A DNA stretch of 64,000 nt from Octopus sinensis (GCF_006345805.1 NC_043006.1:89962001-90026000); one strand, 5' to 3'. Shown: positions 50,245-63,611, counted from the stretch's first letter. Numbers and translations are program-made. Notes: a model not told the origin generated them from the sequence alone.

Positions 50245-51400
50245 GCTGAGGTCGTTAGCATCACTAATCAAAAGACCCAGCACTTACAACACTCATAATG
50301 GTGCTTCATTGACATTATTATTATTATTTAGGATTAACCTGGAAAAATCAATAGGCTTGCGACTTGGCACCTGGAAAAGCAAGTTGATGCCATTGAACTG
50401 CATTGTTGGGCACTGGATGCATGGACCAGTTAAACTGCTCAGGGTCTGGTTTGGTCCAAACCTCCAGATAGACAAAAACTGGGATGACGTAATGAGCAGA
50501 GTGACTACTCTCACCCAGAAATGGCCAAGAGAAAGCTATGCCTTATCGTAGCCACCGTCTGATTACGTTGGAGTGTATACTCTTCTACTACTTGTGGAAG
50601 GGGCATGTCCAGATGGTCAGGCAGTCTATCTGCTGTCAACATCCACTGCATGGTGGCCTGGGCATATTGTAGAGGATGATGCACAGAAATGCACTGAGGC
50701 TATGACATTTCCATTGCTTCCTTGTCGGGGAATAGGTGTGGTCGTTGTTCACCAGACACATATTTCCCCAGGTAGTTTCTTTAACAGAGCCGCAATCCTG
50801 GGTAAAACAGAAGCTGAGAAAGGATATCTGCGATAGGCAGAATGTCCACTTTAGCTTTTTATAGAGAATTAGTGGAGAGAAAGTGTGACGAAGTTCTTGG
50901 GGAGACCTTGGACATTGAAGAAGATCAGCTAGCTACTATTTTCCAGAGAACTTTTGGCCCAGGACCAATGGATAATTTCCAAAAATCTCTGGCCTGGCAG
51001 TGCTACTGGGGAACTTTGCCTGTCTGAGATAAACTTTACAGGCACAGAAGTGCTGTCAGCTGAGCATGTCTGAGATGCACACAGGACGACAAGACAGTCC
51101 TGCATGCACTCGTCCAGTACCTGAGCATTGCTGACCTGTAGGTTTATGTTGAACACCTGCTGTCACATGTAGGACAGATCCGGCTGTCAACTGAATCCAT
51201 CCTTTAACTGGGAATGGAAGACTGTCTTTATATGCCTGGTGGTCATGATGAAAGAGTTTTTATGGTGGACGAAACTGAAGAGGCTGAAGACAAAACATTT
51301 TTCTCTTTGGCCAATTCCTGATCAACTTCAAGTTTCACTTGAAAAAGAAAATAGGGACAGAGAGGGAAGTGTTATCTTCTGGCCATTTTGCTGAAAGATG
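50245..51400 (+). mobile_element. Tx1/L1-clade LINE 3' portion, decayed
   Basis: INLEKSIGLRLGTW..LRVWFG..NW, YLWKGHVQMVRQSICCQHPLHGGLG, C-terminal CLRC..KTVLHALVQ(C>Y) knuckle. Confidence 0.75.
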
Positions 51401-51700
51401 GATGAAAGTGGTGAGAATGGTGTGGGTGAACATGCCTGTCCTGAGCATACATCTGTAGTTGGAGAAAAGGAAAGAAAAGACACCTGCCCCAAATGTCAGG
51501 GTACCCATGGTTTTTATGGGGTTTTTCCATGAGCAGCCCTCCTCATTGAGGAATACACAATGTTGAATTTGTTTATTCTTTGTTTACATGCAAAACCCTC
51601 CCAACAACACACACACACACACACACACACACATTCTTTGTTTTCGTCCTATACAGTCCTTAATGTTTTTCTTAATGTAAACCCTTTCTGGTTAATAAGA

Positions 51701-51748
<48 letters not shown>

Positions 51749-51749
<1 letters not shown>

Positions 51750-51955
51750 TATGTTTGACTTTTGCTTTACATTTGTACAAGTTGGCTCCAAGTCTCACCC
51801 AGAGACCTCAAGAGACAACAAGTTGGAAGTTCATGTTGGTGTTATGCCTAGGGTGCCATATATTTGGTTTTGTACATAGTGTTTTACTAGTGAATCTTTA
51901 AGAAACCATAAGAAAATTATGTTTGTTTTAAAACTTGTGATTACATAGAAAATAT
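51749..51955 (-). mobile_element. Dong-family 3' UTR-only copy in (ATT)n
   Basis: Reverse complement of about 35805-36008 including the ORF stop; ATT repeats on both sides. Confidence 0.88.
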
Positions 51956-51998
51956 CATTATTATTATTATTATTATTGTTATTATTATTATTATTATT

Positions 51999-52182
51999 CG
52001 GAATTGTTAGCACACCAGACAAATACTTAGCAGCATTTCTTCCAGTTCAAATTCCGCCAAGGTTGACTTTACCTTTCATCTTTTCAGATAAATAAAATAA
52101 GTACCAGTGGAATACTGGGGTCAATATTATCAGCTAGTCCCCTCCTCCAAAATTTCAGGCCTTGTGCCTACTGTAGAAAAGG
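51999..52182 (+). mobile_element. SINE family B in (ATT)n
   Basis: GAATTGTTAGCAC..GTTCAAATTCCGCC..CAGGCCTTGTGCC. Confidence 0.8.
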
Positions 52183-53622
52183 TCATCATCATCATCATTA
52201 TTATTATTATTATTATTATCATAATTATTATTATTATCTTTATTATTGTTATTATTACTGGTATTTTCTTTCTCTTTTACATATGGATAAGATTTTTTTT
52301 AAAGCTGTCAGGAGTGCCGAGAAGAACCGAATGTTGATGTAAAAGAAAATTGATTTCATTAACAGCAGGTTTAAACATCGTTTCTGTTGAATTTATTTGG
52401 AACATGAGATAAACTTTGTCACGAAGGCTGTGAAATGATTGGGAAGAAACGAAAACAAGAAATATTCAGAATAATCAGAGGAGGAGGAGGAGGGAGAATG
52501 AACAGAGTTTAGTGATAATGAGACACCGAAGGAAATACAGAGATTAATTACTCAGGGATGCTGTCTGCATGAAATACTATGATAAAGTTAATGTTAACCT
52601 ATTTAATATACTGAACAATAAAAATCGGATTAGAAATAATAATGAGGTGAGGAAGAGGCTGTATTAGCTCAGCAACTGATATCATTTGAATCACTCGGGT
52701 AAATAAAGGTGACAATCCTGAACACATTACAATCTCCTCAATGAAGCATACAATTCAACAAAGTCGTTGAAATAACGATGAGAAATTCATTAAGTAGCTG
52801 TTTACAATATTGAACATGAGAAAGCATGAAAAATATTTCAAATATGTAAACACACAAATTACAATGGTCAACCAGTCAGTCTCACTTGACAATGGCATCT
52901 GCTTCCTTGCTGCGGAAATACTTTGAAGTAGATTTTTGATGCTTAGTACAGTTGTTACGTTAACAATGATGTAATTATTGTAATAATGAATATAATTTGT
53001 ATACAATCCATATTTTTAATAAACATTTATTTAGTCTTGCAATGAAATCACATCCTGTAGTTAAGTGACAGAGCTTTGCAATAATAAATTGTCTTTAATA
53101 GCTGTCTCTCAATCCGAGTATAAAATGCCATTTTGCATCAATTTCCACCTGCTATTGATACTGTTACCATTTTAGAATCTGATCCCTCTGTCTTGCTCTC
53201 TTTCTGTCACTCTTGCTCTAGTTTTCTCTCTCTCTCTCTTTTGTTTTAATATACACATACATGTATTTTCACCCTTCATTATACATGTGTGTGTGTTATG
53301 ATTTTGCTTGAGCATGGTGAAACTAATAACTTGCTATTAGAATTCAATATACAAATGCTTTAGAAAGAAGCATTTGGCAAGTCCAGAATAAGAATTAGTT
53401 GAATGAGAAGAGAACAGGAATTATGGAATCAACTTCATTAGCTTACAGCTGTTTCTGCTGTAAGGAACAGTGAACTCAGAACTGAGTGTTTGTGTTTCAT
53501 CTTAAAACTTTCTTAGAGCCTTTAAACTGAAGAGTACACATGCATGCACACACACACACACACACACAGACACACACACACACACACACACACAGACACA
53601 CACGTGTATGTATATATATACA

Positions 53623-53854
53623 CAGGGGTGGTGGTGCAAAAGTAAGGTATACAGTAAGTATCACATTGATGTTATAAAACTTAATTCATTAAAATTATTA
53701 ACATATTAAATTAGATGACCTCATTTTGATATTTTCAGTGTCATTAATCATAATAATACTTTTATCATAACTTTTAATTTTTCTGATAAGAATAAACGAG
53801 TATTGTATGTGTTTTCTTTTTTCACTACTGTATACCTACTTTTGCATCCCACTG
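53623..53854. mobile_element. Small Tc1-like MITE
   Basis: About 30-bp imperfect TIRs (..TGCAAAAGTA(A)GGTATACAGT / ACTGTATACCTACTTTTGCATCCCACTG); TA at the right end and (TA)n just left. Confidence 0.7.
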
Positions 53855-54004
53855 TATAGATATATATAACAAATATAGACGACAAATCTCACTCAAAACA
53901 GCTGTATGCAATTGTGCATGAGTCAGCTAGGCATAAGGTGATATTTCTGGGCTATCAGCAACCAGTATCTTGGTGTTCATTACCAGGGCACACCTCTGGT
54001 AGCA

Positions 54005-54355
54005 ACATTAGGATGGGTCAGTTTTACTATTGATGGAAAATGCAAGATGCTGGAGTATGTCCAGTTTCTTACAGAGACAGTTTTGGCAATTACAAACTCC
54101 AGGTGCGTAAGGAGGAGCTTTGTTGAGAATATTCCATAATGTTAAGAAAGTTGTTTCCATGATCCTGGAATTTCCAGAAGAAGCAGGACTGTGGGGTGAA
54201 CTTTTCTCCTTCCCAATACACAAGGGAGTGCATGTGTTGCATCAATTTCCCCTTGAAATCACTCACTGTCACGCTTGTGTACAGTCTCATGATACTTTGA
54301 GGGTGGCTCTATATACCACAGCTTTGAAAGACAAGATCCTTTCAGTGGGCAGTTA
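54005..54355 (-). pseudogene. Hydra-like PLE GIY-YIG remnant
   Basis: CPLKGSCL..VVYRATL, WNILNKAPPY, C.NCLC.KLDIL across frameshifts. Confidence 0.65.
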
Positions 54356-54468
54356 GTAAGATGTTTACAATTACAAATCATAGTTTGGGGAGAAGACAGT
54401 GTAAGTGCATGTTTGCAATAGTTGTAGCATATAGTGCAATAGGGATATTATATAAGCATGAGTAGCTA

Positions 54469-54938
54469 TGAAGGTGGGTTAAAAAGAGACCAACTATGAA
54501 GGAGTAGTGCTAGAGCTGTGAAATCATGCACGCATGAATTTCAATTCTTTTTGTTAATAACTGAATTATTTCTTTCCATGTAAGTTGACATCTGACAGTT
54601 CAAAGAAGACCTCAAAAGCAACTAGTGGCAACTTTTCTTGAAAATGAACAAATTTGTCATTGTAGTGTTATCATGACCCAGCAGAAAAAGGGTTTAGCCT
54701 CCAAGGATATTAATGCCGATATTAGAGGATGCTGCTGCATATTTATCAACAGTGCCAAAGTAGGCAGCTGAATTTAGGAGGGGAATGGAGAGTCTTGAAG
54801 ATGACACAATATCTGGATGTCCTGCAACTGCCACCACTGAGCAAAACATTGATCACATTCACCATATGCAGGTGATAGACTATAAAGCAAATAGCCAATG
54901 CTGTTAGCATATTAGTGACGAGAGGACATACGCATTAT
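54469..54938 (+). mobile_element. Mariner 5' fragment
   Basis: TA+TGAAGGTGGGTTAAAAAG TIR-like start; AEFRRGMESLEDD..SGCPATATTEQNID HTH remnant. Confidence 0.65.
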
Positions 54939-54999
54939 CATGCATGCCAGAAGAACCCCGCTTTTCAGTGAGGAGTCAACCTTGGCCAAACGAACTGAC

Positions 55000-55530
55000 C
55001 CAGAAGGCTCCTTCAGTGTGGCAATGGAATCCTTCAACATTGCTGACGAGTGTGACCTCATTTGTCTTTTCATCCTAGATGTACTCAAAAAGAAATTCTC
55101 TTCCACTAGCTTTAGCCTCTACAGGGATGACGTGCTAGCAATATTAAGAGGGTCAAATGGCCACATGCTAAATAGGTTTCGAAAGGACCTCACCAGTATC
55201 AAGAAGTCCCTTTGACTGAAGGTCATGATAGAAACCAACCTGAGAATGGTAGAATTCCTTGATGTGACCCTGGACTTTGAGTTTGGTACCTAGAGTCCCT
55301 TTAAGAAGCCAAATGAGAAGCTTTCACACATTAACACAGGTTTCTGTCATCCAGCCCTAGTTTTCAAGAACTTGGTAAAGGGCATCAACAGAAAAATCTC
55401 CAGCTTATCTTCAAGCAAAGAGATTTTTTGATGCTGCCACCCCATACATACAATGAGGTTTTGGCTGCCAGCAGTTTCCAGGACAGGATTAGTTACATGC
55501 CAGAACCTAACCCTTCCAAGAGAAAGCAAC
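55000..55530 (+). pseudogene. Hydra-like PLE RT remnant
   Basis: VAMESFNIADECDLICLFIL, SLYRDD, VEFLDVTLD, PFKKPN, CHP..VFKNL; stops and frameshifts. Confidence 0.8.
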
Positions 55531-55597
55531 ACCCTCCTCTTTAAATATTAAAACCTGAATAGGTAAGATTTTTCCTAGCTTAATATGTGTACATATA

Positions 55598-55648
<51 letters not shown>

Positions 55649-55651
<3 letters not shown>

Positions 55652-55927
55652 GTAATAACCTGCTCGGGTTGCGGTCATCAGTACATTAGACAAACGAGTA
55701 CGACCCTGAAAAAGAGAATCACTCTACATAAGGAGCAAATCCATTTCCTGCAATACAGACAAATTCCTCTCAGTGGACATATAGAAAAATGTGTAGGTAA
55801 CACCAAACCAAATTTCACAGTCTCCCCTTTCTACCAATGCAAAGATGCAATCTCTCAACTAGAACATTTAAATAAAGAAACTCTTTTCATTGAAAAATAC
55901 AAAACACGTCTTAATATGCACACATAA
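55649..55927 (+). pseudogene. PLE GIY-YIG (CCHH-type) 3' fragment, same family as 12482-12823
   Basis: Open frame VITCSGCGHQYIRQT..LHKEQI..HIEKC..PFYQC..FIEKYK; starts right after (TA)n; 3' UTR runs to about 56305. Confidence 0.85.
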
Positions 55928-56318
55928 CCAACTTTTATATTTTTACATATTTCAATTCATGATTACATCACTGTACATAAATCCCCTACTAAACAAGGTT
56001 TTTTAAAACCTGTCTCTGTTCTGTACACATATGTAATCCCCATCCATTACCGAAAGCTGAATAGTTATCTCCCTTACACACAACAATAACAATAACAACC
56101 AATTACCTCCCTTTATTTATCTACTAGTTAAGTCATTCACTCGTGAATTTCATCACACACAACATGGACCAAATTTCTTCTTAAGAAAAAATATATATTC
56201 AAATAAGTAAAACATAATATCATGAATAGCAATAGTGAAACCGGTCGATATATTAAAAATTATATTAAAACTATGTAAGTGAGCATATTTTCCTTTTTTA
56301 ATTTCTTATATATATATA

Positions 56319-56586
56319 CAAAATAAGAAAATGGAGGAATAGATTTCTTTCAATCATCAACTTCCAGATAATACCAATTCATATAATTTATTTAATAAAT
56401 TATATGAATTGGTATTATGAATTTGAGGTAAAACATTTTACCTTCGCCCATATAATACAATAAATGAATTAATTGCATTGCAATTCCAAGCATTTATGTA
56501 TTCGCCTTCTGGGTACTTTACTGGCAGTATATTGGATAAATGATATCCCATAGTGGATTACACTCATAACCCCCATCTCACTTTGT
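56319..56586 (+). mobile_element. Short 5'-inverted copy of the 44.45-44.70 kb PLE terminus
   Basis: 56319-56395 is the reverse complement of 44452-44526; about 56410-56586 matches about 44525-44702; 23-bp perfect hairpin at the junction. Confidence 0.85.
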
Positions 56587-56816
56587 ATATATATATATAT
56601 AAATAGAGAGAGATGTGTATGATTGTGTGAGATGAGTTTCTGCCAAGTTTCTGTATACTAATTTGCCCAGGGAGCATTGGTTAGCCACCAGCGATAAGAG
56701 GAGACACGTGGCCAAAGTGTGACAGTGCAATTGATCCCAAAATCTTGTGGTTGTAAAACAAACCTTCTTTACCACATAGCCATGTCTGCACCAAATATAT
56801 ATATTACACCAAATAC

Positions 56817-56856
<40 letters not shown>

Positions 56857-57579
56857 TAAACCAAACATATATATATATATATACATATCAATATCCAGTC
56901 TTTCTATAGCAATCTTAAACAAACATACAGGAACATGTTTTCTGTTTCCTCTCAAACACGTATACATGCATACATAAACAGCCATTCTTTCACTTCTGAA
57001 CTGTATGCCTTCTCTTTTACTCTGCTTCTCTTTCCCTCTTACACACACAAACACGTGCACGCGTGCACTACACACAAGTGTATGCATGGTTATACAAGTA
57101 CACACAAACACCCACACTTTCACTTCCAATCCTCAACACAAACATATACAAACAACTTTTTCTTTTTTATTTCACACACACACACACACACACATTTACA
57201 GATATGCATGCACACATACACAGACAAACAGATGCACACGCATACATCATCAGAGCACATGTTCAATCACTCACTTTCTCATAATAACACAAAAATAGTT
57301 TGTTTGAACATTCTCCCCTTTGTCTCTCATTCCCTTTCTCCCTCTCCCTCCCTCTCCCTCTCTCTCCCTCAACAATCGATTACATCACACCCACCCCCAT
57401 ATCATGTTTCTATTCAAAGACGTGTATTCTTCGTTTGTGTTGATTCATTCTGTGAATATCCATTTCTCTTTCGATTCTATGTACAATGCTCTCAACAGTT
57501 TGTTATTATGTTATGAGCTTTAAAAATAAATCTTCAAAATCAATCACAGCAAAGTATAAAATAAAATAAAAAAACCATC

Positions 57580-57622
<43 letters not shown>

Positions 57623-57789
57623 CGAGTACTGTCTGTCTCCTGTAGTATGTGTGTGTGAGTGTGTGTGTGTGTGCGAGTGGGCTGATTAGTATTTTATTTA
57701 TTAATTTATTCTCATTGGCTGTCTAGCTCTGATCCTCATTAACAGCACCATGTCCTCATATAAAGTTTTTAAAAAATAACAATAAAGCA

Positions 57790-58000
57790 GAGGGATGGCT
57801 GTGTGGTAAAGAAGTTTGCTTTGCAACCACATGGTTTCAGGTTCAGTCCCACTGCATGCAACCTTGGGCATGTCTTCTACTATAACACTGGGCCAACCAA
57901 AGCATTGTAAGTGGATTTGGTATATGAAAGCTGAAAGAAGCTTGCTGTCCATATACGTGTGTGTGTGTGTGTGTGTGTCTGTGTGTCCTTGCGTCAGCAT
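57790..58000 (+). mobile_element. SINE family A head
   Basis: GGATGGCTGTGTGG..GGTTCAGTCCCACTGC. Confidence 0.8.
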
Positions 58001-59459
58001 CACACACTAATGCTAAACAAACATTGAACAGAGAAAAGCTTTCTCTCATTTAGCCAAAATTTCAGTACACCTTTATATAATTCTGTCAGTCCTCCATATT
58101 CTTTGCCCCCAAACAAATTCCATTATTCGGTTCTTGCCTGGCTCCTTATCAAATCAATGATTCATAAATTGCCATGGGCTTGCTTCACTTCGGTATTTAC
58201 TTTATCTACGTTGACATTCCTTCTACCGTTTAACATTCTCTGAGAATAGTGCAAGTGAAGAGTGAATTACAATGAACAAAGTCATAAGAGTGACAGTGCC
58301 TTTCACACATTTACTCTGGTACTGTTTGTTCCAAGTTCAAATTCTACTGCGATCTGCCTTTCATCTTTCCATGATCCCTAAATAAAGCACCAGCTGAGGA
58401 CTGAGAGAGGAAAGGAATGAGATACTGAGTGGCATTTGTTCCTTCCCTATGTATCCTGAGACTAAATCTAACAAGGCCTACACGGATCATCATCATCATA
58501 TTTAAAAGTCCACAAATTCCATACTCTACTGAAGTAGCTTATCTAAGGTCGGATGCTCTTCCTGTCATCAACCTTTACATTTCCAAGCAAAGTAATATTT
58601 CTCTATGTCCAGACATGCTTTTGGAGATGAATGACATTCATTCGCAACAATCAAATGATGTCAAGCAAATATTCACACATTCACAAGCACACACACACAC
58701 AGACAAACTGTCGAAACGATCCCTTGCAAGCAAAGATGATTTGCTAACATGTACCATACTTTCACTGTTGGCCTTAGGCATCTGCATAGTCACGAGCAGA
58801 CATAGACATCCTTCCAATCCTATTGTCCTTGCTCCAGCAGAATATCAAAGATATGACGAATAGAAAGAAAGAAGGCTACATCAACACTCAGCTGCTAAAC
58901 ACTTTCAAATGAAAAACTTCAAGAAACATGAAAGGAAGACAATTTCTCAAAGGCACAATATGGCACCCAGCCTACAAACCAAGTCCGTGATCTTATTATC
59001 TTCAGCCCAACACTCTAACCACAAGACCAATAAATTCATGTGTCTTTATATCATCACCATCATTTAATAACTGCTTTCCATGCTTGCATAGGTCAAACAA
59101 TACAGTTATACACACATATTGATCCATACATACACATCACTATGCAGTTGTTAGCATATGCCTTCCTCATTTACATATTCCTTGCTGATTGTACAGACTG
59201 TTAGCAACTTTGCCCTCTATGTATGTAGAACAACACTGTCTGCAGTAACATTTCCTACTTTAGGATAGAAGGGTGTGATTTGAAGGAAATTTGGCTGTTA
59301 TTTCTAATATATTGTATACATGTGTATACCTGTGTATATATTTATATACACACATATACACAAAAACACACATACAAAAACATATATATATATATATATA
59401 TATAAATATATATACATATACATGCTCACAAATATATATAAATATATATATATATTTGT

Positions 59460-60645
59460 TGGTGTTAGGAAGGGCATCCAGCTGTAGAAACTCTGCTAAA
59501 TCAAGCTTGGAGCCAGTCCTCAGTCAAATTGTCCAACCCATGCTAGCATGGAAAGCAGACGTTAAACGATGATGATATATATATATATATATTTTTTTTT
59601 TCGGGGGATTTCAATTACACCAATGTTTTATAACTTTTAAAAGTAAATTCCCTGTGTTTTATGTATAACACTGATTTTTATCTATTTTTATATATATTTT
59701 TATATTTATATATTTGGAATTTATATATCCGTTTTGTAAATATGGAAGAATATATGAATGTACGTATGTATTTGATTTTCGAGTGTGGAGCTTAATTATG
59801 TTCCTCTCATTTCTGCTTGCATTGCTTCCGTTCAAATTAAGAAGTAGTATATATGTATATATAAATATATATACATATATATATATAATCATCATCATCA
59901 TCATCATCATTTAGCATCCATTTTCCATGCTGGCATCAGTTGGACTGTTTGACTGAGGTCTGGAGAGACAGTGGCTGCACCAAGCTCCAATCTTATCTGG
60001 CGATGTTTCTACAGCTGGATGTCCTTCCTAACGCTAACCTCTCTGAGAGTGTAGTGGGTACTTTTTATGTGCCACTGGCATGGGAGCCAGTCAGGTGGCC
60101 CTGGCATTGATCACATTTGGATAGTGCTTTTAACATGCCACTGGCACGGAGCCTGTAAGGTGGACCTGGCATCGACCATGTTCGGATGGTACCTTTTACA
60201 TGCCACCAACACAGAAGCCAGTCAGGGAACTCTGGCATCGATTATGTTCAGATGAAGCATTTTATGTGCCACTGAAATGGGAACCAGTCAGGGGGCACTG
60301 GCCACAGCTACGATTTTGGTTTTATATATATGTATGTTTGTGTGCATATATATATATATATAGTATAAAGTTATATATATATATATATATATATATGCAG
60401 GTGGCACATAAAAAGCGCCATTTGAGTGTGGCTGTTGCCAGTACTGCCTGACTGGCCCTCGTGCCGGTGGCATGTGAAAGCACCCACTACACTCTCAGAG
60501 TGGTTGACGTTAGGAAGGGCATCCATCTGTAGAAACTCTGCCAGATCAGACTGGAGCAGCCATCTGGTTCGCCAGACCTCAGTCAAATCATCCAACCCAT
60601 GCTAGCATGGAAAGCAGATGTTAAACGATGATGATGATGATGATA
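59460..60645. mobile_element. Three RTE tails: + (59460-59576), - (59887-60325), + (60398-60645)
   Basis: Family motifs and (GAT)n/(CAT)n ends. Confidence 0.8.
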
Positions 60646-61667
60646 TATATATGTATCATCATCATCATTTTTTAACATCCACCTTATACACACATACATA
60701 CACAACACATGCATGCACACATATATCTATCTATACACACGTGCTTGTATAGTCACACACCTACACAAAAGTCCACATCTGTTTATAAACACAATCAAAC
60801 ACGACATAAAACTAAAGAGATTTATAAACACATTTATAAAGACGCCTAAACAGAAACAGGCAAAAAAGTGATGAAATCAGTTCAGTTTACAAAACTGTTG
60901 AAAATAAGTTCCATCAACCCATTAGCAACATTGGTGTGTGTGTGTGTGTGTGTATTACATATAAACATATATGGGTGAATAAACCAATGTAAAATTATAC
61001 AAGTTTGTACATACAAACCTATTATAAAGCAGCTTACATGTGTGTGTGTGTGATTGTCAGTGTGTGTGCATATATGCGTTGGTGTAGATGGAGATGAAAA
61101 ATTTAACCCCCAATCACTAACCGCTACTCCTGTCCATAAAATGCTACCCTTTTCTGCAACTGTGACAATGTTTATAAACCCAATATGGAAAGCGTGTTTA
61201 TTGCAGTCAGAGTAAATACGGGAAACTTTTCAAATGTTTATGGCAGTGATTCGATGAAACGGTGAAATTTTCGGCAGTTTTTCTGCAATGAACAATCCCT
61301 AAAAGGATACGGATTGCACAGAACTGATGTTCTTGGTGAAGCAAACAATTCTGCGTGTGTGTGTGTGTGTGTGCATGCGTGTATAAACATATATGTGTGT
61401 GTGTGTATATACATGTGTGTGTGTATGTATACAGATGCATGTGGGCACTGGGCATGGCTCTGTTGTTAAGAAGTTTGCGTTGTCGCTTTTTAACCAAATT
61501 GTTTTGTGTTCAGTACCACAGCATAGCTTGTGAGTAAATTTGGTAGATAGAAACTATGTTTGTTCAGTGTGTGTGTGTGTGTATGTTCACCAGCCCTCAG
61601 TCAAAATCGTCCAACCCATGCTAGCATGGAAAGCAGATGTTAACGATGATGATGATGATGATGATGA

Positions 61668-61716
<49 letters not shown>

Positions 61717-61717
<1 letters not shown>

Positions 61718-61927
61718 TGGAGTAAACACATAAATGTGAAACAAGGTGGAAAAAAGAGTACTCAAATACCAGTGGTAGAGTAATATGCTTTATTTAAAAG
61801 CAGCAGAAAATTCAACAAAACCTGTTACTCTGAGTTTCACATTACCATTTGTCGAGTCCGACGAACGGGAACGTGAAACTCAGAGTAACAGGTTTTGTTG
61901 AATTTTATGCTGCTTTTAAATAAAGTA
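61717..61927. mobile_element. Fold-back PLE-type mini-terminus abutting (TA)n; palindrome 61786-61927
   Basis: About 55-bp arms with 2 mismatches plus a 14-bp inner arm with 4; 4-nt centre AGTC. Confidence 0.8.
61856..61892 (+). ncRNA. Minimal type I hammerhead motif with CCGACGA core (U4C); stem I clipped by the fold-back
   Basis: CCGACGA-ACG[GGAA]CGT-GAAA-CTC[A]GAG-TA-ACAGG; only 2 bp of stem I remain in cis. Confidence 0.7.
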
Positions 61928-61949
61928 CATATATATATATATATATTCT

Positions 61950-62232
61950 CTGTTTTTACTTGTCTCAGTCATTTGACTTTGGCCATGCTGGAGCACCACC
62001 TTTAGTTGAGCAATGAATTTATTTGTTGTAAGCCTAGTACTTATTCTACCACTAAGTTATGGGGATGTAAACATACCAGCATCGGTTGTCAAGCGATGTT
62101 GGGGGGACAAACACAAACACACATATATATACATATATACGATGGGCTCCTTTCAGTTTCCGTCTACCAAATCCACTCACAAGGCTTTGGTCGGCCCGGG
62201 GCTATAGTAGAAGACACTTGCCCAAGGTGCCA
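61950..62232 (-). mobile_element. SINE family A
   Basis: CTTGTCTCAGTCATTTGAC..GCCATGCTGGAGCACC..GACACTTGCCCAAGGTGCC, the reverse complement of the family. Confidence 0.85.
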
Positions 62233-62239
62233 CATATAT

Positions 62240-63230
62240 AATTTCCAGGCATGGAAGCGAAACCTAGTGTTTAGAGGCCTTAAGGCAAACCTAGCAAAGA
62301 AAACAAGAGCCTAGTGCCTTCAGGGAAATGGCCTTGCACAATTTGTAGAAAAGAAGTATAAGCTCCATACACAGTACTCAATGGAAGCAGTGGACACTCA
62401 AGAATCCCTAGCAGACTATCCAAAAATGTGGGCTTCAAATGTGGTGCCTGTACTGGAGCAGTTTGTATGAGGATGACACTGCAAGTCAAATGGCCAGACA
62501 GTTTATAATTTGATAATTATAGTTGTAGTTGATAATTTTTGTTACATGGGAGATGTAATTAGCAATGGATGTGGTTGCTCTGAAAGTAGAGTAGCTAGAG
62601 GGAGAACTGGTTGGAGAAAGTTCAGGGAGCTACTAACACTGCTAATGACAGATCTTTCCCTAAGAGTAAAAGGCAGACTGTATGGTGTTTGTGTTAGAAT
62701 TGCAATGCTACATAATAGTGAAACATAGACCTTCAAAAAGCTGGAAAGAAATGAAACAAGCATGCACTACTAGATGTGCAGTGTAAGTGTGCATGAAATA
62801 ATTAGTACAAAGGGGCTGAGTGAAAAAACTGGCCATTAGAGGAGTCAGTTGTTGTTATCTGCAAGAAAGAAGACTACACTGGTATGGACATTTGATGCAT
62901 CTGAATAAGAGCAGCTGTGTAAAGAAATGCCGATTGCTAAATGTGGCTGGAACTTGCAGTAAAGGGAGACCCAAGAGGACATGGAATGAAGTAGTTAAGG
63001 CTGACCTCTTGATCCTGGGTCTGATGTAGGAAATGACAAAAGACCAGGATATCTGGTAATATGGGATTCTTGAAAAGAACCACCCTTCTCAGTGAAACTG
63101 AATTCTGGAAGTATTGTACTCTCCACCCATATTACAGTGACTCATTCACCCTCTTCTGTGAATTACACCTGCCTCTTCCACTGCCCCCACCCCCAATCGA
63201 CTTCTCTCTTAAAAACAAAATCTGATGCCT
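62240..63230 (+). mobile_element. RTE LINE C-terminal region, decayed
   Basis: FCYMGDVIS..GCSESRVARGRTGWRKFREL..LRVKGRLY..MLHNSET, RRLHWYGH, GRPKRTW. Confidence 0.85.
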
Positions 63231-63549
63231 CTTAGACCCAATTTTTTTTTCAACACACAAACACACTTCTATAACTGTAGGCAATAGAATACATTTATAC
63301 AGTGTATTTCTACTGAATACAATATAGGAAATACCGCATGCCAGAAAAGTGAGAATAATTGTAATCTATTTTGAAATCTCTTTTAAATGTTCACACAGAA
63401 ATTTCATGATAATCAGTTGTTGGTAAAGTAAATTTATAAAATATTTTCTACACCCACCCACCTACTTCTTCAGGCTCATAACACACACACACACACACAC
63501 CCACACACATAAATATACATATATATATATATAAATGATGATGATGATG

Positions 63550-63611
<62 letters not shown>

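Noticed and set aside
53435-53455. Minus-strand GAAACAGCTGTAAGCTAATGA resembling a permuted hammerhead
   Set aside because: Only 2 nt are available for stem I, the core is mutated and no stem II pairing is seen
56237-56246. GAAACCGGTC, 3' half of a hammerhead
   Set aside because: 5' core not identifiable; probably deleted or decayed
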